This document shows positions 1-11,200 of a stretch of DNA of 64,000 nucleotides, piece after piece. The notes beneath the pieces were generated by a model that was not told where the DNA came from, made no database searches, and saw only the letters and a list, made by a program, of their open reading frames with translations. Source of the stretch: a virus; the IMG/VR virus record IMGVR_UViG_3300022868_000014, positions 32,453 to 96,452 of that record; one strand, given 5' to 3'. The translations under genes were made by a program, and so were the position numbers. The stretch's first letter is position 1, and each line of letters starts with the position of its first letter.

Positions 1-1
1 A

Positions 2-1744
2 CGTAATGGGATCTATTCTCAGGCCATTAAAAAATGTGTTCGTTACTTCCTTAACGACATAGACCTGACAGGGGACGACCTAAGCCATGACACACGTAAG
101 AAATACCAAACCTTCCTAATGGAACAGATGAATATACTGGACCAGCTTGGGCAGGTAGGTGATGATGTAATCGCCTATGGTAACAGCTTCACATCAGTAT
201 CAGTACCGTTAAGGCGGTCCTTGGTATGTCCTAATAAAGATTGTGGACTATCCCGACCTCTTGAAACACTGAAGTTAGATGAAGACTACAAGTGGAAAGA
301 TTATAGCTTTGTAGGGGACTGTCCTCAGTGTAAAATGAAAGCACAAACCTTTAGACGCATTGATGCCAGCGGTGTCAGTAAGCATTCAAAAATTAAAATC
401 ATTAGATGGGCACCTCAGTATGTTTCTATTAAACATTGCTCTATCACTGGTGAATCCGATTACTACTATGAGATCCCGGCGGAAGAGAAAAGACGTATCA
501 AGGACGGTGACCCTGTGTTTATACGTTCTATGCCGTGGGAACTTATAGAGTCTGTTAAGAACGACAGGCCATTTAAGTTTAATAAGGAAACATTTTATCA
601 TCTAAAATGTAATACTGCAGCAAATCTTGTCCCTATGTTGAAGGGTTGGGGCTTACCTCTGTTTATGTCTAACTTCTCACAAGTTGTTCACCTCCAAATA
701 CTTGAGAGATTTAATGAGGCGATTGCGATGGATTACATCGTACCATTCAGAGTTCTGACTCCTCCGACAACTGGGGGCGCTTCAAAAACAGATCCTATGT
801 TATCTAATAACATGGGTAACTTTATGGGAGCTGTAAGACGTATGGTCAAACAGCATCGCCAGGACCCGACTTCTTGGCATACATTACCATTCCCTCTAGA
901 ATATCAGGCAATCGGTGGAGAAGCTAAATCACTGGTACCTGTTGAACTTATTGACAGAGCACAAGACGTACTGTTAACTAGTATGGGTGTTCCACAAGAG
1001 TTCTATCGTGGGTCTATCACTATGGGAGGCAGTGGTCCTCCAATCTCTCTTCGTATGTTCGAAAAGACTTGGACGCATTATACCACTATGCTTGACGACT
1101 GGTTAGGTTGGTTTCTAGTCCAGTGCGGTCGTATCATGGGATGGGAAGGTAACATTACCGGAAAACTTGAACGTACTAGTATTGTTGAAGACGAAATGGG
1201 TAAACAAGTTAAGCTTAATCTAGCTAGCGCTAAAGTCATCTCTAACCGTACAGCCCTTAAAGCATTCGGTATTGATATGGACCGTGAACGCGAACAGATC
1301 ATCGAAGAAGACCGTATTATGAACGAGTTAATGCGCGAAGAACAGAAGAAGGATGAACAGACTATGATGCTCACGGAGCAGATGGCTACTATTCCTCCAG
1401 ACGCAGCAGCTCAGAATATGGGTATGCCTCCGGGCGCAGAAGGTGGAGCACCACCTGCAGGCGGACCAGTAGGCGCAGCACCTATGCCTCCAGCAGGAGC
1501 AGCTCCTATGGGCGGTGGTACACCTTCTATGGATGATATGATGGCACAAGCTGAGCAGACAGCTCAGCAGATTATGTCTATGGACCCAACAACTAGACGT
1601 AATGAGCTCACTAATCTCAAGAAGAGCAATCCTACATTACACGCTCAAGTTAAGCAAATGATATCAGACATGGAGCAGGGTGTTAAATCAAACGCCCTAG
1701 CCCAAGCTAAGCAACAAGCGTCACAAGGCGGCGGTGCTATGTAA
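2..1744 (+). CDS. portal protein (5'-truncated by window edge)
   Basis: The frame is open from base 2 (RNGIYSQAIKK...), upstream of the tracked Met at 119. Portal-like segments (YHLK..GWGLPLF, LLTSMGVPQEF, ISNRTALKAFGIDMDRE), position at the start of the head module, Pro/Met-rich tail. Confidence 0.65.
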   Translation, partial: RNGIYSQAIKKCVRYFLNDIDLTGDDLSHDTRKKYQTFLMEQMNILDQLGQVGDDVIAYGNSFTSVSVPLRRSLVCPNKDCGLSRPLETLKLDEDYKWKDYSFVGDCPQCKMKAQTFRRIDASGVSKHSKIKIIRWAPQYVSIKHCSITGESDYYYEIPAEEKRRIKDGDPVFIRSMPWELIESVKNDRPFKFNKETFYHLKCNTAANLVPMLKGWGLPLFMSNFSQVVHLQILERFNEAIAMDYIVPFRVLTPPTTGGASKTDPMLSNNMGNFMGAVRRMVKQHRQDPTSWHTLPFPLEYQAIGGEAKSLVPVELIDRAQDVLLTSMGVPQEFYRGSITMGGSGPPISLRMFEKTWTHYTTMLDDWLGWFLVQCGRIMGWEGNITGKLERTSIVEDEMGKQVKLNLASAKVISNRTALKAFGIDMDREREQIIEEDRIMNELMREEQKKDEQTMMLTEQMATIPPDAAAQNMGMPPGAEGGAPPAGGPVGAAPMPPAGAAPMGGGTPSMDDMMAQAEQTAQQIMSMDPTTRRNELTNLKKSNPTLHAQVKQMISDMEQGVKSNALAQAKQQASQGGGAM

Positions 1745-1752
1745 TCACGGAA

Positions 1753-1781
1753 TGGCCAATAGTGCTTTCTGAGGTTATATT
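1753..1781 (+). promoter_or_regulatory. sigma70-like promoter
   Basis: TGGCCA-N17-TATATT in the intergenic gap, followed by an AGGAG RBS before 1810. Confidence 0.45.
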
Positions 1782-1809
1782 AATAGTATAAATATGTAGG
1801 AGTAAAACT

Positions 1810-2634
1810 ATGAACAGCATTCAATTTGTTGAATATATGAATAAACAGGCAGGACCTGGTTACACAGATGACACTATAAAAGCCGCTAAGGGTATATATG
1901 GTGATGATAAACCGGGTGCATTGGATGCCCTCAAAGGCAGAGCAAAGGCTCAGTGGCAGATGCAGCGCGCTGCTCCATCGGCCGCCCAGGCCAGAGAACA
2001 GGGAAACCTTATATCATCTTCTGATGCAGGTCTTTCTATGGACCAGCTCAAAGCAAAACGTGAACGCGTAGCCCGTGTTGATAAACCCTTCAGAGCTCAA
2101 TCCAAAGTTTCACTTACAACCCCCGCCCAGTCACGATACACATCAGGCGTTGCTAGTCGTATGGGCAAGCACCTAGGAAAAGAAGACAGCACGTTTGATA
2201 AGTTTCTAGGATGGGCAACAGGGTCTCAGAATAGGAAAGCAACGGAAATGGATGCCCTATTAAAAGATATCAAAGCCAACCCTGACGGAGAAGCAGCCCG
2301 GCAGGCAGGGTTTACACCCGGCTCCCTCTGGAATCCCAGTACGTGGGGTTCAAGTGCTATTAATAGAGGAATTGTAGATAAGTCAGTAGCCGCCAATATA
2401 CCAGCCGCTGTAAAGCAACAGCAGCAAGAAGCTTTAGCAGCCTTCTGGGCTAAGAATAAAGAGTGGTTAATTGCAGCAGGTATCGGCGTAGGTGGATTAG
2501 GTCTATTACTCACAACCCTCATGATGTCAGGCGGGCAACAACAAGCCCAACAACAGCAGCAACAACCACAAGCACCCTCACCGTGGTGGGCTAATAAAAA
2601 CTTTAGAGGCTATAACTTCAGAGGTAGAGCATAA
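1810..2634 (+). CDS. putative internal virion protein with C-terminal hydrophobic helix
   Basis: AGGAG RBS; N-terminal MNKQA motif; LIAAGIGVGGLGLLLTTLMM helix; Gln-rich tail. Confidence 0.55.
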   Translation: MNSIQFVEYMNKQAGPGYTDDTIKAAKGIYGDDKPGALDALKGRAKAQWQMQRAAPSAAQAREQGNLISSSDAGLSMDQLKAKRERVARVDKPFRAQSKVSLTTPAQSRYTSGVASRMGKHLGKEDSTFDKFLGWATGSQNRKATEMDALLKDIKANPDGEAARQAGFTPGSLWNPSTWGSSAINRGIVDKSVAANIPAAVKQQQQEALAAFWAKNKEWLIAAGIGVGGLGLLLTTLMMSGGQQQAQQQQQQPQAPSPWWANKNFRGYNFRGRA

Positions 2635-3473
2635 TGGATGATAGGTTAGCAAAAGAAGCATTTGTGGATGATATGTTGGACCAAGTCGGTAAATTCGACT
2701 TAGCATCTATTCCTAAGACATGGCGCAAGATGACTGGGAATCCACTAGGGTCCGCACTTGCCACAGGAGCAGCTGTTGCTTTGCCTGCTTACTTCATGGC
2801 TAGACCAATGGCTAGAGGGCTCACAAATTTAAAAGGTAGACTACTAAGGCAGTCACCTGAACAGATCCAAGCTGAATTAGCTAAGGTAAACAATGCAGGA
2901 GACTTCAGAGGTCGCCTAGCTACTATCTTAGGTTTACTAGCAGCAGGTGGGTCTTTAGCACACAATTATGTACCTAAGTCAGTGCAGCCAGACAGTGGAG
3001 GGCTTAAGAGCCTTCTAACCTGGGATCACAAGTGGCCTGACGATGGTACGATGTCTCCAGACGAGTTTAATAAGAGGAAGGACGCTATCCCAAAGATACC
3101 GCCTAACTATCTTCAGAAGCAACAGATGGCTAAAGAAGCAGGCTACAATGCAGCTTATATGAATCCTTTACACGACCATCCTGGTATTCCTGTTGATTAC
3201 TCGCTTGACCTTATATGGGGAGACAAGTATCTTAATGGTAAAGAGAAGATCAATGCCAGCAAACCATTTGAGAATGCTGGGGAAGGTAAATCAGGTATGA
3301 TCTCCACAGGGGATCTCGCACGAGGCGCACTACGGGCCGGGTTCGGAGCAGGCGCAGGTTATCTTCTAGCCAATACAATGGGTAAAGTATTAAGTGCACC
3401 ACAGGCAGTCACCCAAACACTGTCAGCAACAGGTGCCTTAGCAGGTATGTTAAAGAATACAGGAGTAATTTAA
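2634..3473 (+). CDS. putative internal virion protein with Gly/Ala-rich hydrophobic helices
   Basis: TAATG coupling to the upstream gene; LAKEA and MAKEA motifs; several glycine-zipper-like segments. Confidence 0.55.
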   Translation: MDDRLAKEAFVDDMLDQVGKFDLASIPKTWRKMTGNPLGSALATGAAVALPAYFMARPMARGLTNLKGRLLRQSPEQIQAELAKVNNAGDFRGRLATILGLLAAGGSLAHNYVPKSVQPDSGGLKSLLTWDHKWPDDGTMSPDEFNKRKDAIPKIPPNYLQKQQMAKEAGYNAAYMNPLHDHPGIPVDYSLDLIWGDKYLNGKEKINASKPFENAGEGKSGMISTGDLARGALRAGFGAGAGYLLANTMGKVLSAPQAVTQTLSATGALAGMLKNTGVI

Positions 3474-3809
3474 ATGTCAAAACCAATAGAACAATATTGT
3501 AACTATATGCATAAAGAGGCGGTTAATCCATTAGCAGCCTTATATATAGCTTATACATCTGGAGAAGCACTCTCAGGACAGGCTATGTCCATGGGGCTCG
3601 CTCTAGCTGCACTAGCAGGAGGAACCGGAGGTTATGTCGCGTCTAAACTCACCTCTCCAGGTAAGAGAGATGTTAAGAACGTACAAAAAGCTTTCCTTCG
3701 GGATAAATTGCAGAGTGAACTGTCGAGGTCTAATCGCGAGGAACAGCTCTCTCAGTTAAAAGAACAGAGTTTACCTGGGGCTCCCAAACCTAAGAGTTTA
3801 CATATATGA
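3474..3809 (+). CDS. putative internal virion protein
   Basis: Abuts the upstream stop; MHKEA motif; hydrophobic Gly/Ala helix. Confidence 0.55.
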   Translation: MSKPIEQYCNYMHKEAVNPLAALYIAYTSGEALSGQAMSMGLALAALAGGTGGYVASKLTSPGKRDVKNVQKAFLRDKLQSELSRSNREEQLSQLKEQSLPGAPKPKSLHI

Positions 3810-4141
3810 GTGACACAATTAAGGAGGTAGAAGAACCCACATCTATCAAGATAACAGGGGACTTCGAGGGAATACCATATAGAGGTGTTCCAATCAATCT
3901 GAAGAAGACGGATAAGCCCGAAGACTTCATGAAGTTGAACACGGTATTATACGTCAAACGGTTTGAGCTGTCTGATGAGAAACAGCTTAAAGAATATGAA
4001 GAAGTATGTCAAAAAATACAGGATGGCCACGCACAACAATCCTATGAGAAAATGGAGTACATACCTGATGAAAAGCATTGGGTAGCTTTAGTACGATGGA
4101 TAGACTACTGGTACAGTCCACTGGGAGAACCTGAAAAATGA
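3806..4141 (+). CDS. hypothetical protein
   Basis: ATGA overlaps at both ends; 111 aa. Confidence 0.6.
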   Translation: MSDTIKEVEEPTSIKITGDFEGIPYRGVPINLKKTDKPEDFMKLNTVLYVKRFELSDEKQLKEYEEVCQKIQDGHAQQSYEKMEYIPDEKHWVALVRWIDYWYSPLGEPEK

Positions 4142-5226
4142 TAAAGAAACAAGCCGAGTCCACATCAGAGATGACTCCCGGTACACTCGCGAATCTCGCA
4201 CTGAATCCGTGGGCATCAGTACTGCCGGGTTCTAAATACTTTATACCCGAGTTTATTGAGAATATGAAGGCTAAGTATAGGGATAACCCTCCAATACCCT
4301 TTACAGGTAATGCATCTTTTGATAAGAATCTGTTTCATGGTATGGCAACAGGTGGTACAGCTATGGCTCTAGCAGCATTGGCTCGGTACATCATGCATAC
4401 ATCGCAGGATAAAGAGCTAGACAAAACACTTAGAACAGACTCACGTGAGGCGACCGTAGGCGCTACTAATCCTATATTCTCACCAGACCCCTACTTAGAT
4501 GATTTAGCAGAAGAGCAGGCCCAGCAGGGCATAGGCATCGATAAGTCTGCGGAAGAAGCTGTCAAAGAAGAACCCAAGCCTGATACAGGCGGCGTCGATA
4601 TCAGCCCATGGCTCAAAGCTATAGTTCCTTTATCCATGATGATAGGCGGCGGTATGATAGGATATCAAGGTGTTGATAAAATATTAGAGCGTAATCGTAA
4701 AAGTGAACTAGACACTGACATTGATGAGCTTAGTAATAAATTAGATAAGGCCAACTATACTAAATTAATGAGAGCACGGGGCCTAGATCCAGATGAGCTA
4801 CCACCTCCTGTACCACCTGGACAAGAGATGAGCGCAGACGGGCAGGTATCTCCTATACCTAAACAAGCCCTTGAGGATTCAGCTAAAAATGCAATTAAAT
4901 CTATGGCAGCATTAGTTATGCTAAGTGTTGCAGCGAGTAGTGGTGTACTTACGAAACGATATTTCGACGGAGAAGATCCACAGAGAGCAGAGTACAGCGA
5001 AATGCAGCAGGCTCTTAAAGAGTTAAAGATGAGAGAACAGCGTAAAACTCCTATATCAATAGCTCCAATAGCACCAGCGCTCGAACAGAACCTTAACAAA
5101 CACCTGGGTAGCCCACAATCAGCAGTAAGCCATAGTTTACCGTCCAAAATCGAAGAGACCCCTGTAGACATGCCTGTCTCAGGTCTCAACAAAGATAAGT
5201 CGGACAGAACAATGGCATTACTATGA
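4138..5226 (+). CDS. putative internal virion protein
   Basis: IKKQA, IDKSA and IPKQA motifs, each followed by a hydrophobic helix. Confidence 0.55.
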   Translation: MIKKQAESTSEMTPGTLANLALNPWASVLPGSKYFIPEFIENMKAKYRDNPPIPFTGNASFDKNLFHGMATGGTAMALAALARYIMHTSQDKELDKTLRTDSREATVGATNPIFSPDPYLDDLAEEQAQQGIGIDKSAEEAVKEEPKPDTGGVDISPWLKAIVPLSMMIGGGMIGYQGVDKILERNRKSELDTDIDELSNKLDKANYTKLMRARGLDPDELPPPVPPGQEMSADGQVSPIPKQALEDSAKNAIKSMAALVMLSVAASSGVLTKRYFDGEDPQRAEYSEMQQALKELKMREQRKTPISIAPIAPALEQNLNKHLGSPQSAVSHSLPSKIEETPVDMPVSGLNKDKSDRTMALL

Positions 5227-8200
5227 CCCAAACATTTTTATCGGAATTAAAGAAGCAACCTACGTACAGGTATGACATTTTAGATTTTGATGGCATAAGA
5301 AACGCCACAATGGATAATGTCAAAGCTGCTGTATCGCAACGTTTCCCTTTAGAGAATGATGATTATACTCTAGCTGTAGATGAAGTGGATTACGATGGCC
5401 CGGATAGTTATTCCCTAAAGGAGCAGAAAGAAGCAATCCTAAAAGGTAGAAGCCTAGGTCGTAGACTTAAGGGTAGATGGACACTTACCGATAAACTCAC
5501 AGGCAAACCAGTAAGCCAGACTAAGAAAGTTACTTTACTTAATGTTCCTTATATTACTCCACGTGGTACTTATATCCGTAATGGCCATGAGATGACTATT
5601 GGACACGTGCTGCGCCTAAACCCGGGTGTTTACTCGCGGGTAAAGGCTAATGGATTATATGAGGCCCATGTTAATGTAGAACAAGGTACAGGTTCCCAGT
5701 TTAAGATGGAGATCGACCCAGAGACTGGTGTATTTAATATTCGTAAGGGTAATGTCAATGCAAGGCTTTATCCTATTCTCAGATCCATGGGTATCCCTGA
5801 TAAGAAAATAGAGGAGATGTGGGGCACTGAATTGCTCAATACCAACAGGCTGGCAAGTTCCGGAACTATGGTAACACGTAATCTTCAAAAGCTACTACCC
5901 AAGGAAGCCTCTGACGGCACGAAAGCCAATTACGTGACTCTGAGTCCGGATGATGCTAAAGCGCTCTTAGAATCGTTTGGAACGATGCGACTAGACCCTG
6001 TATCCACAGAAGCCACTCTTGGCAAGCCTTATGACAGAGTATCACCTGATATGCTGTTAGGTACATCGGATAAACTATTAAGATTAGCTAAAGGCACATC
6101 AAAGGCAGATAATAGGGATAGCATGCAGTTTCAGAAAGTATATGGACCTGCTGAGATTTTTGCAGAACGTATTGTCAAAGATGGTGGCCGACTAGGCCGT
6201 GCCCTCTTATGGAAGGCTACAAACAAAAAGAACCTGGACTTTATGTCATCTGGTGCACTTAATGCACATGTTGACGGAGTCTTTAATGAATCAAAATTAG
6301 CACAGTACATTGACGGGTCAAGCCCTTTTGATGCTATTGACTCAGCTACACGTATTACACGTCTAGGCGAGGGAGGCTTGAGCAGCCAACGTTTAGCATC
6401 TGATGAGATGAGATTGGTACAGAACTCCTTTAAAGGATACATAGACCCGATCAGATCACCAGAGTCTCTCGCCGTGGGACTACAAATGTTCATGACACAG
6501 AATACACGTAAAGGACATGATGGCCTACTATATACACAGTTATTCAACCCACGCACAGGTAAGAAAGAATGGGTAGACTCTAAGACAGCAGCAACAGCCA
6601 ATATAGCTACTTCGGAGTACATGGATACTAAAGACCCTTATATCCCTCTAGTGGGTGGAGAGCGTGGTGTACATATAGCACCCCGTAAAGATGTGGACTA
6701 CTATCTTAGTGATGATAATAACATGTTCTCATTGGGTTCTAACATGGTACCATTCAAGGGCGGTGTTAAAGGTATGAGATTATTGATGGGGTGCCTGGCT
6801 CCTGATACTAATATTATAATTAAAAAAGCTGATAATAGTATATTTTATGGTCATATAGAGAATTACGAATGGCACCAAGGAGACCAAGCGCACTCAGTTG
6901 ATCAGACTACTGGAAAGACAACCTGGAGAGGGGTTGAGCGATTGGTGCCTAATTATAATAAAATAGATATGTTAGAAGTTAAATTAAAAAGTGGTAGAAA
7001 ACTAACTACAACTGTTAATCATAAATGGGTGACTATGAGTGAACAAGGAACTTTAGAAAAGATCACAGCTCAGAATCTAGTTATGGGTACACCCATCCCC
7101 AGAGAAGGTTGGTTAGACTTCCCCATGGAAGAAGGCATCACATCTGTGACCATAGGGAAGGGGGCCAAGCATAATAGTTTTTCGGGCTTTGAGATGGAGC
7201 TCACAGAGGGCGTGGGATACATGCTGGGTTTATATACTGCAGAGGGCTGGTTACAAGGAGATAGGGGCCATGGATATGGTACAACAAGCTGGGCAGTTGA
7301 TAGACCGGAATTGCAGAAGAGATTATGTGCTGTATTAGATGACTTGGATCTTAAGTATAAAATAAGACGCAATGGTGCCGACCCTCATAAGAAGGTAGTG
7401 GTCAATCACTCAGGGTTTGCACGTTGGTTACATGCTAATTTGGAAACGGGTTCTTACAAGAAGAAGGTTGCGGGACTGATCCTGCAGGCCCCCTTAGGGT
7501 GTAGGGAAGGTTTTATAGCTGGATTTTTTGACGGAGATGGTACTGTGATGGATAGAAGAGGCTACGCCAGGCTAATTACAGGTGTGAGAAGTTATGACCT
7601 TATAGAGGGTTTGTCGAACCTATTCAGCACACTACAGATTGATACAGTGGTTAGAGAAACCACAGCCCTCGATAAACCTATCTACTTACTCGAAGTAAGG
7701 TCCCAGCATTTACATAAAGTCCCGGTGCTTACTCATAACGAAAAAGCTAAGAGGATGTCTACGCTGAAACTGTGGTCCGGTAAAAAGAATATAGATTACA
7801 TACCTATGTATAAAGATCTTCATGCCAGCGTACTACAGCGATCTACCCGTAAGGAGCACTTTAGACATCGCGCATATGTTAATCAACATACGAAACAATC
7901 ATTACAAGAGCGCATATCCTCCGAGGAATGCATCTGGTTAGATAGTGAGATAAGGTGGGATAGCGTGGTTGGTATAAAGGACGTAGACCCTGTAGCCATT
8001 ACATATGATCTGGATCTCAATGACCACACATTCTCAGTAGGTCAAGGTATATTTGTACATAATAGTAAATACGCTACACAGGCTTTACCCTTAGTTAATA
8101 GAGAAGCAGCACTAACACGTAGCGCAGATGGTACAGGTACCGGTTCTGTAGAAAGATTAGCAGGTAAATACACAGGAGCGGTCCAGGCACCTAAAGCAGG

Positions 8201-11200
8201 TGTCGTAAAACAAGTACGTAAAGATAAAATAATCGTTGAATATATAGACGGGGAACAAGCAGAGCATGAGCTTTATGATAACTTCCCGGCCAACCAGAAG
8301 GGTTACCTAAGGAGCCATGCTGAAGTTAAAGCTGGTGATACGTTTAAGAAAGGTCAAGCACTAGCCTCAAGCAACTACACAGCTAATGATGGTGTGTTCG
8401 CGGGTGGTTTGAATCTTCGTACAGCTTTCATGAACTTTAAAGGCTCTAACTATGAGGATGCTATCGTAATATCAGAGGCAGCAGCTAAGAGATTAACATC
8501 CGAGTATATGTACAATACAAAGCTACCTAAAGAAAAACATCTATCCACAGATACCAAACGATATGTTAACATGTTCCCGGGCAAGTATACGGCAGATCAA
8601 TTTGATAAGATGGATCCTAACGGTATGATTAAAACGGGTTCAGTTGTTGACAAAGGTGATCCACTTATACTAGGTATCAGAGAGAACCAGCCATCCCCCG
8701 GTACCGCGGGTCGTCGTACATTTACAGATGTCTCCGAGAAGTGGGAACATGATTACCCGGGAGTTATAACAGATGTAGTTACAGGTCGCGAGAATCACAC
8801 AGTCTTCTCCAGAGCCAATGTACCTATGAAGGTAGGCGATAAGATGTGTTACTCTGAGGATACAGATCTGCTAACCTCAAAGGGGTGGAAGAATATTACG
8901 ACTGTAACACTGGCTGATGAATTGGCCACCCTAGATCCTGATACAAAAAACATACAATACATCAACCCTTCAGCATTGCATAGCTACGACCACTCTGGTA
9001 GTATGCATGTAGTAGAAACAACACAGGTCAGCCTGTGTGTTACTGAGGAGCATAAACATTATGCAGCCCTTAGAAAGGGTAAAGAAGCAAGGTGGGAATA
9101 TGGTCTTCATAAGGCCTCTGATTTATATGGTAAAAAGTACAGGCTGGAAAAAACGGGTAAGTGGAAAGGCATACACCAGGATACGTTCAAATTACCACCC
9201 GTTGTTATGGGTGTAGGTAGAACCATGAAACTTGTTGAGGGGCCTGAGGTTTCGATAGAGGCTTATCTGACTATAATGGGCATCTACCTATCCGACGGCA
9301 ATTCAGTGTGGCAGCCTAGTAGTGGTTCTTATGGTTTTGATATAAGCCAAACAAAAGGTAATAATAAATATATACTGCAAAAGGCCTTTACCAGATTAGG
9401 TGTGAAGTGGTGTGAAGGGTCTCATTCTGAAAAAATAAGAGTGTATAGTAAGCACTGGGCTTCTTATCTCAAACAATTTGGAAAAGCACCCGAAAAGTAC
9501 ATACCTGATAACATACTGACCCTGTCACCTGATCTTTTGGCCATTTTTTATGAGTGGTTCATGTTCGGCGACGGGCACAGAACCCAAGCAGGACACGGAA
9601 TAACTACAGTCTCCAGCCGTCTCGCAGGGGATTGGCAAAGATTATGTCTTCATATGGGAATGTCCGCCACTGTAAGACTTACAGATAAAGGTGGACCACG
9701 CATTATATGCGGACGAAATTGTTTTGCTAAACCATCCTACACGGTAAGCACATACCGATATAAAAACCAACCCACGATCAACCACGGGCATGCCAAGACA
9801 CAGAAGGGTCAGACGGAATACTGGGATGAAAACTATTCAGGAAAGGTCTATTGCCCTGAGATGCCTTTTAATCACATAGTCTATACGAGACGTAATGGTA
9901 AAACAGTGTGGTCCGGTAATTCAAATAGATATGGTTCAAAGGGAGTAGTAGCAGAGGTTGTACCTGATAACCAAATGCCTTTAGATAAGAAGGGTAAACC
10001 ATTCGAAATATTAATGAGTCCTCTAAGCGTCGTTTCCCGTACTAATCCGGCCCAGTTAATTGAAGTTGCCTATGGTAAGATAGCCCAGAAAAGAGGTAAA
10101 GCCATAGATCTACCGGCCTTTATGACTGAAGATGCGGCGGAGAAGGCGATGGCTGATCTAAAAGAAAACGGACTATCAGATACAGATGATCTGCTTGATC
10201 CTGAAACTGGTAAGACTATTCCTAAGGTATTTAACGGGATGGCTTACTATTATAAATTAAAACATACAGCTGAATCTAAAGAGTCAGGCCGTGGTACAGC
10301 TGGATATACAATGGATAACGTCCCAGCGTCAGGTGGCTATGAAGGTAGCAAACGGCTTGGTGGCTTAGAAACCTCAGCTTTAATAGGTCACTCTGTTATG
10401 GAAGTCCTTAAAGATGCTAAGATAGTTAAAGGGCAGGCCAACGATGAGTTCTGGCGTGCATTTAAATTTGGTAAGACTCCTACTATGCCTGGTACACCTT
10501 TAGTACATAGCAAGTTCTTTGAACACCTAAAGGGTGCTGGTATTAATGTACGTAAAGGCAAAAGCAGTATTGATATCTTCGGTATGAACAATGATGATGT
10601 AGGCCGTCTCAGCCAGGGTCGACAGGTTAAGTCAGCTGATACATTTGAGACTAACACATACAGACCAATTGATGGTGGCTTGTTCGGTAAAGATGTATTT
10701 GGACCGGACGGTAACCAGTGGGGTTATATCCCATTAGATGAACCTATCCCTAATCCTGTAATGGCTGATAGCTTACGCAGATCCTTAGATATGACATTAA
10801 AAGATTTCGAAGCAGTAGCAGAGGGCCGTAAAGAGTTGAATGGTGATACAGGGGGTAACGCATTAAAGAAAGCCCTAGGTAAGATCGACCTTACCAGAGA
10901 GGTCAAGTATGCCATGGAAGATATAAAGCGTAGCACGGGTACGCGTAGGGACAATGCGATTAAGAAGTATAGAGCATTAGCCAGCATCAAACTGCAGAAG
11001 ATGCACCCTAAAGACTTCATGCTTGATAGAATACCAGTCCTACCACCTAAGTACAGACCTATTACATCTGTAGATGGTATGACAATGGTTGCTGATGCTA
11101 ACTACCTCTATAAAGCACTGATAGATGCTAACAAAGATTTTAAAGACGCCAGAGAACAACTACCTGATGATATGCTGGGAGATGCTAGAGCTCAGATCTA

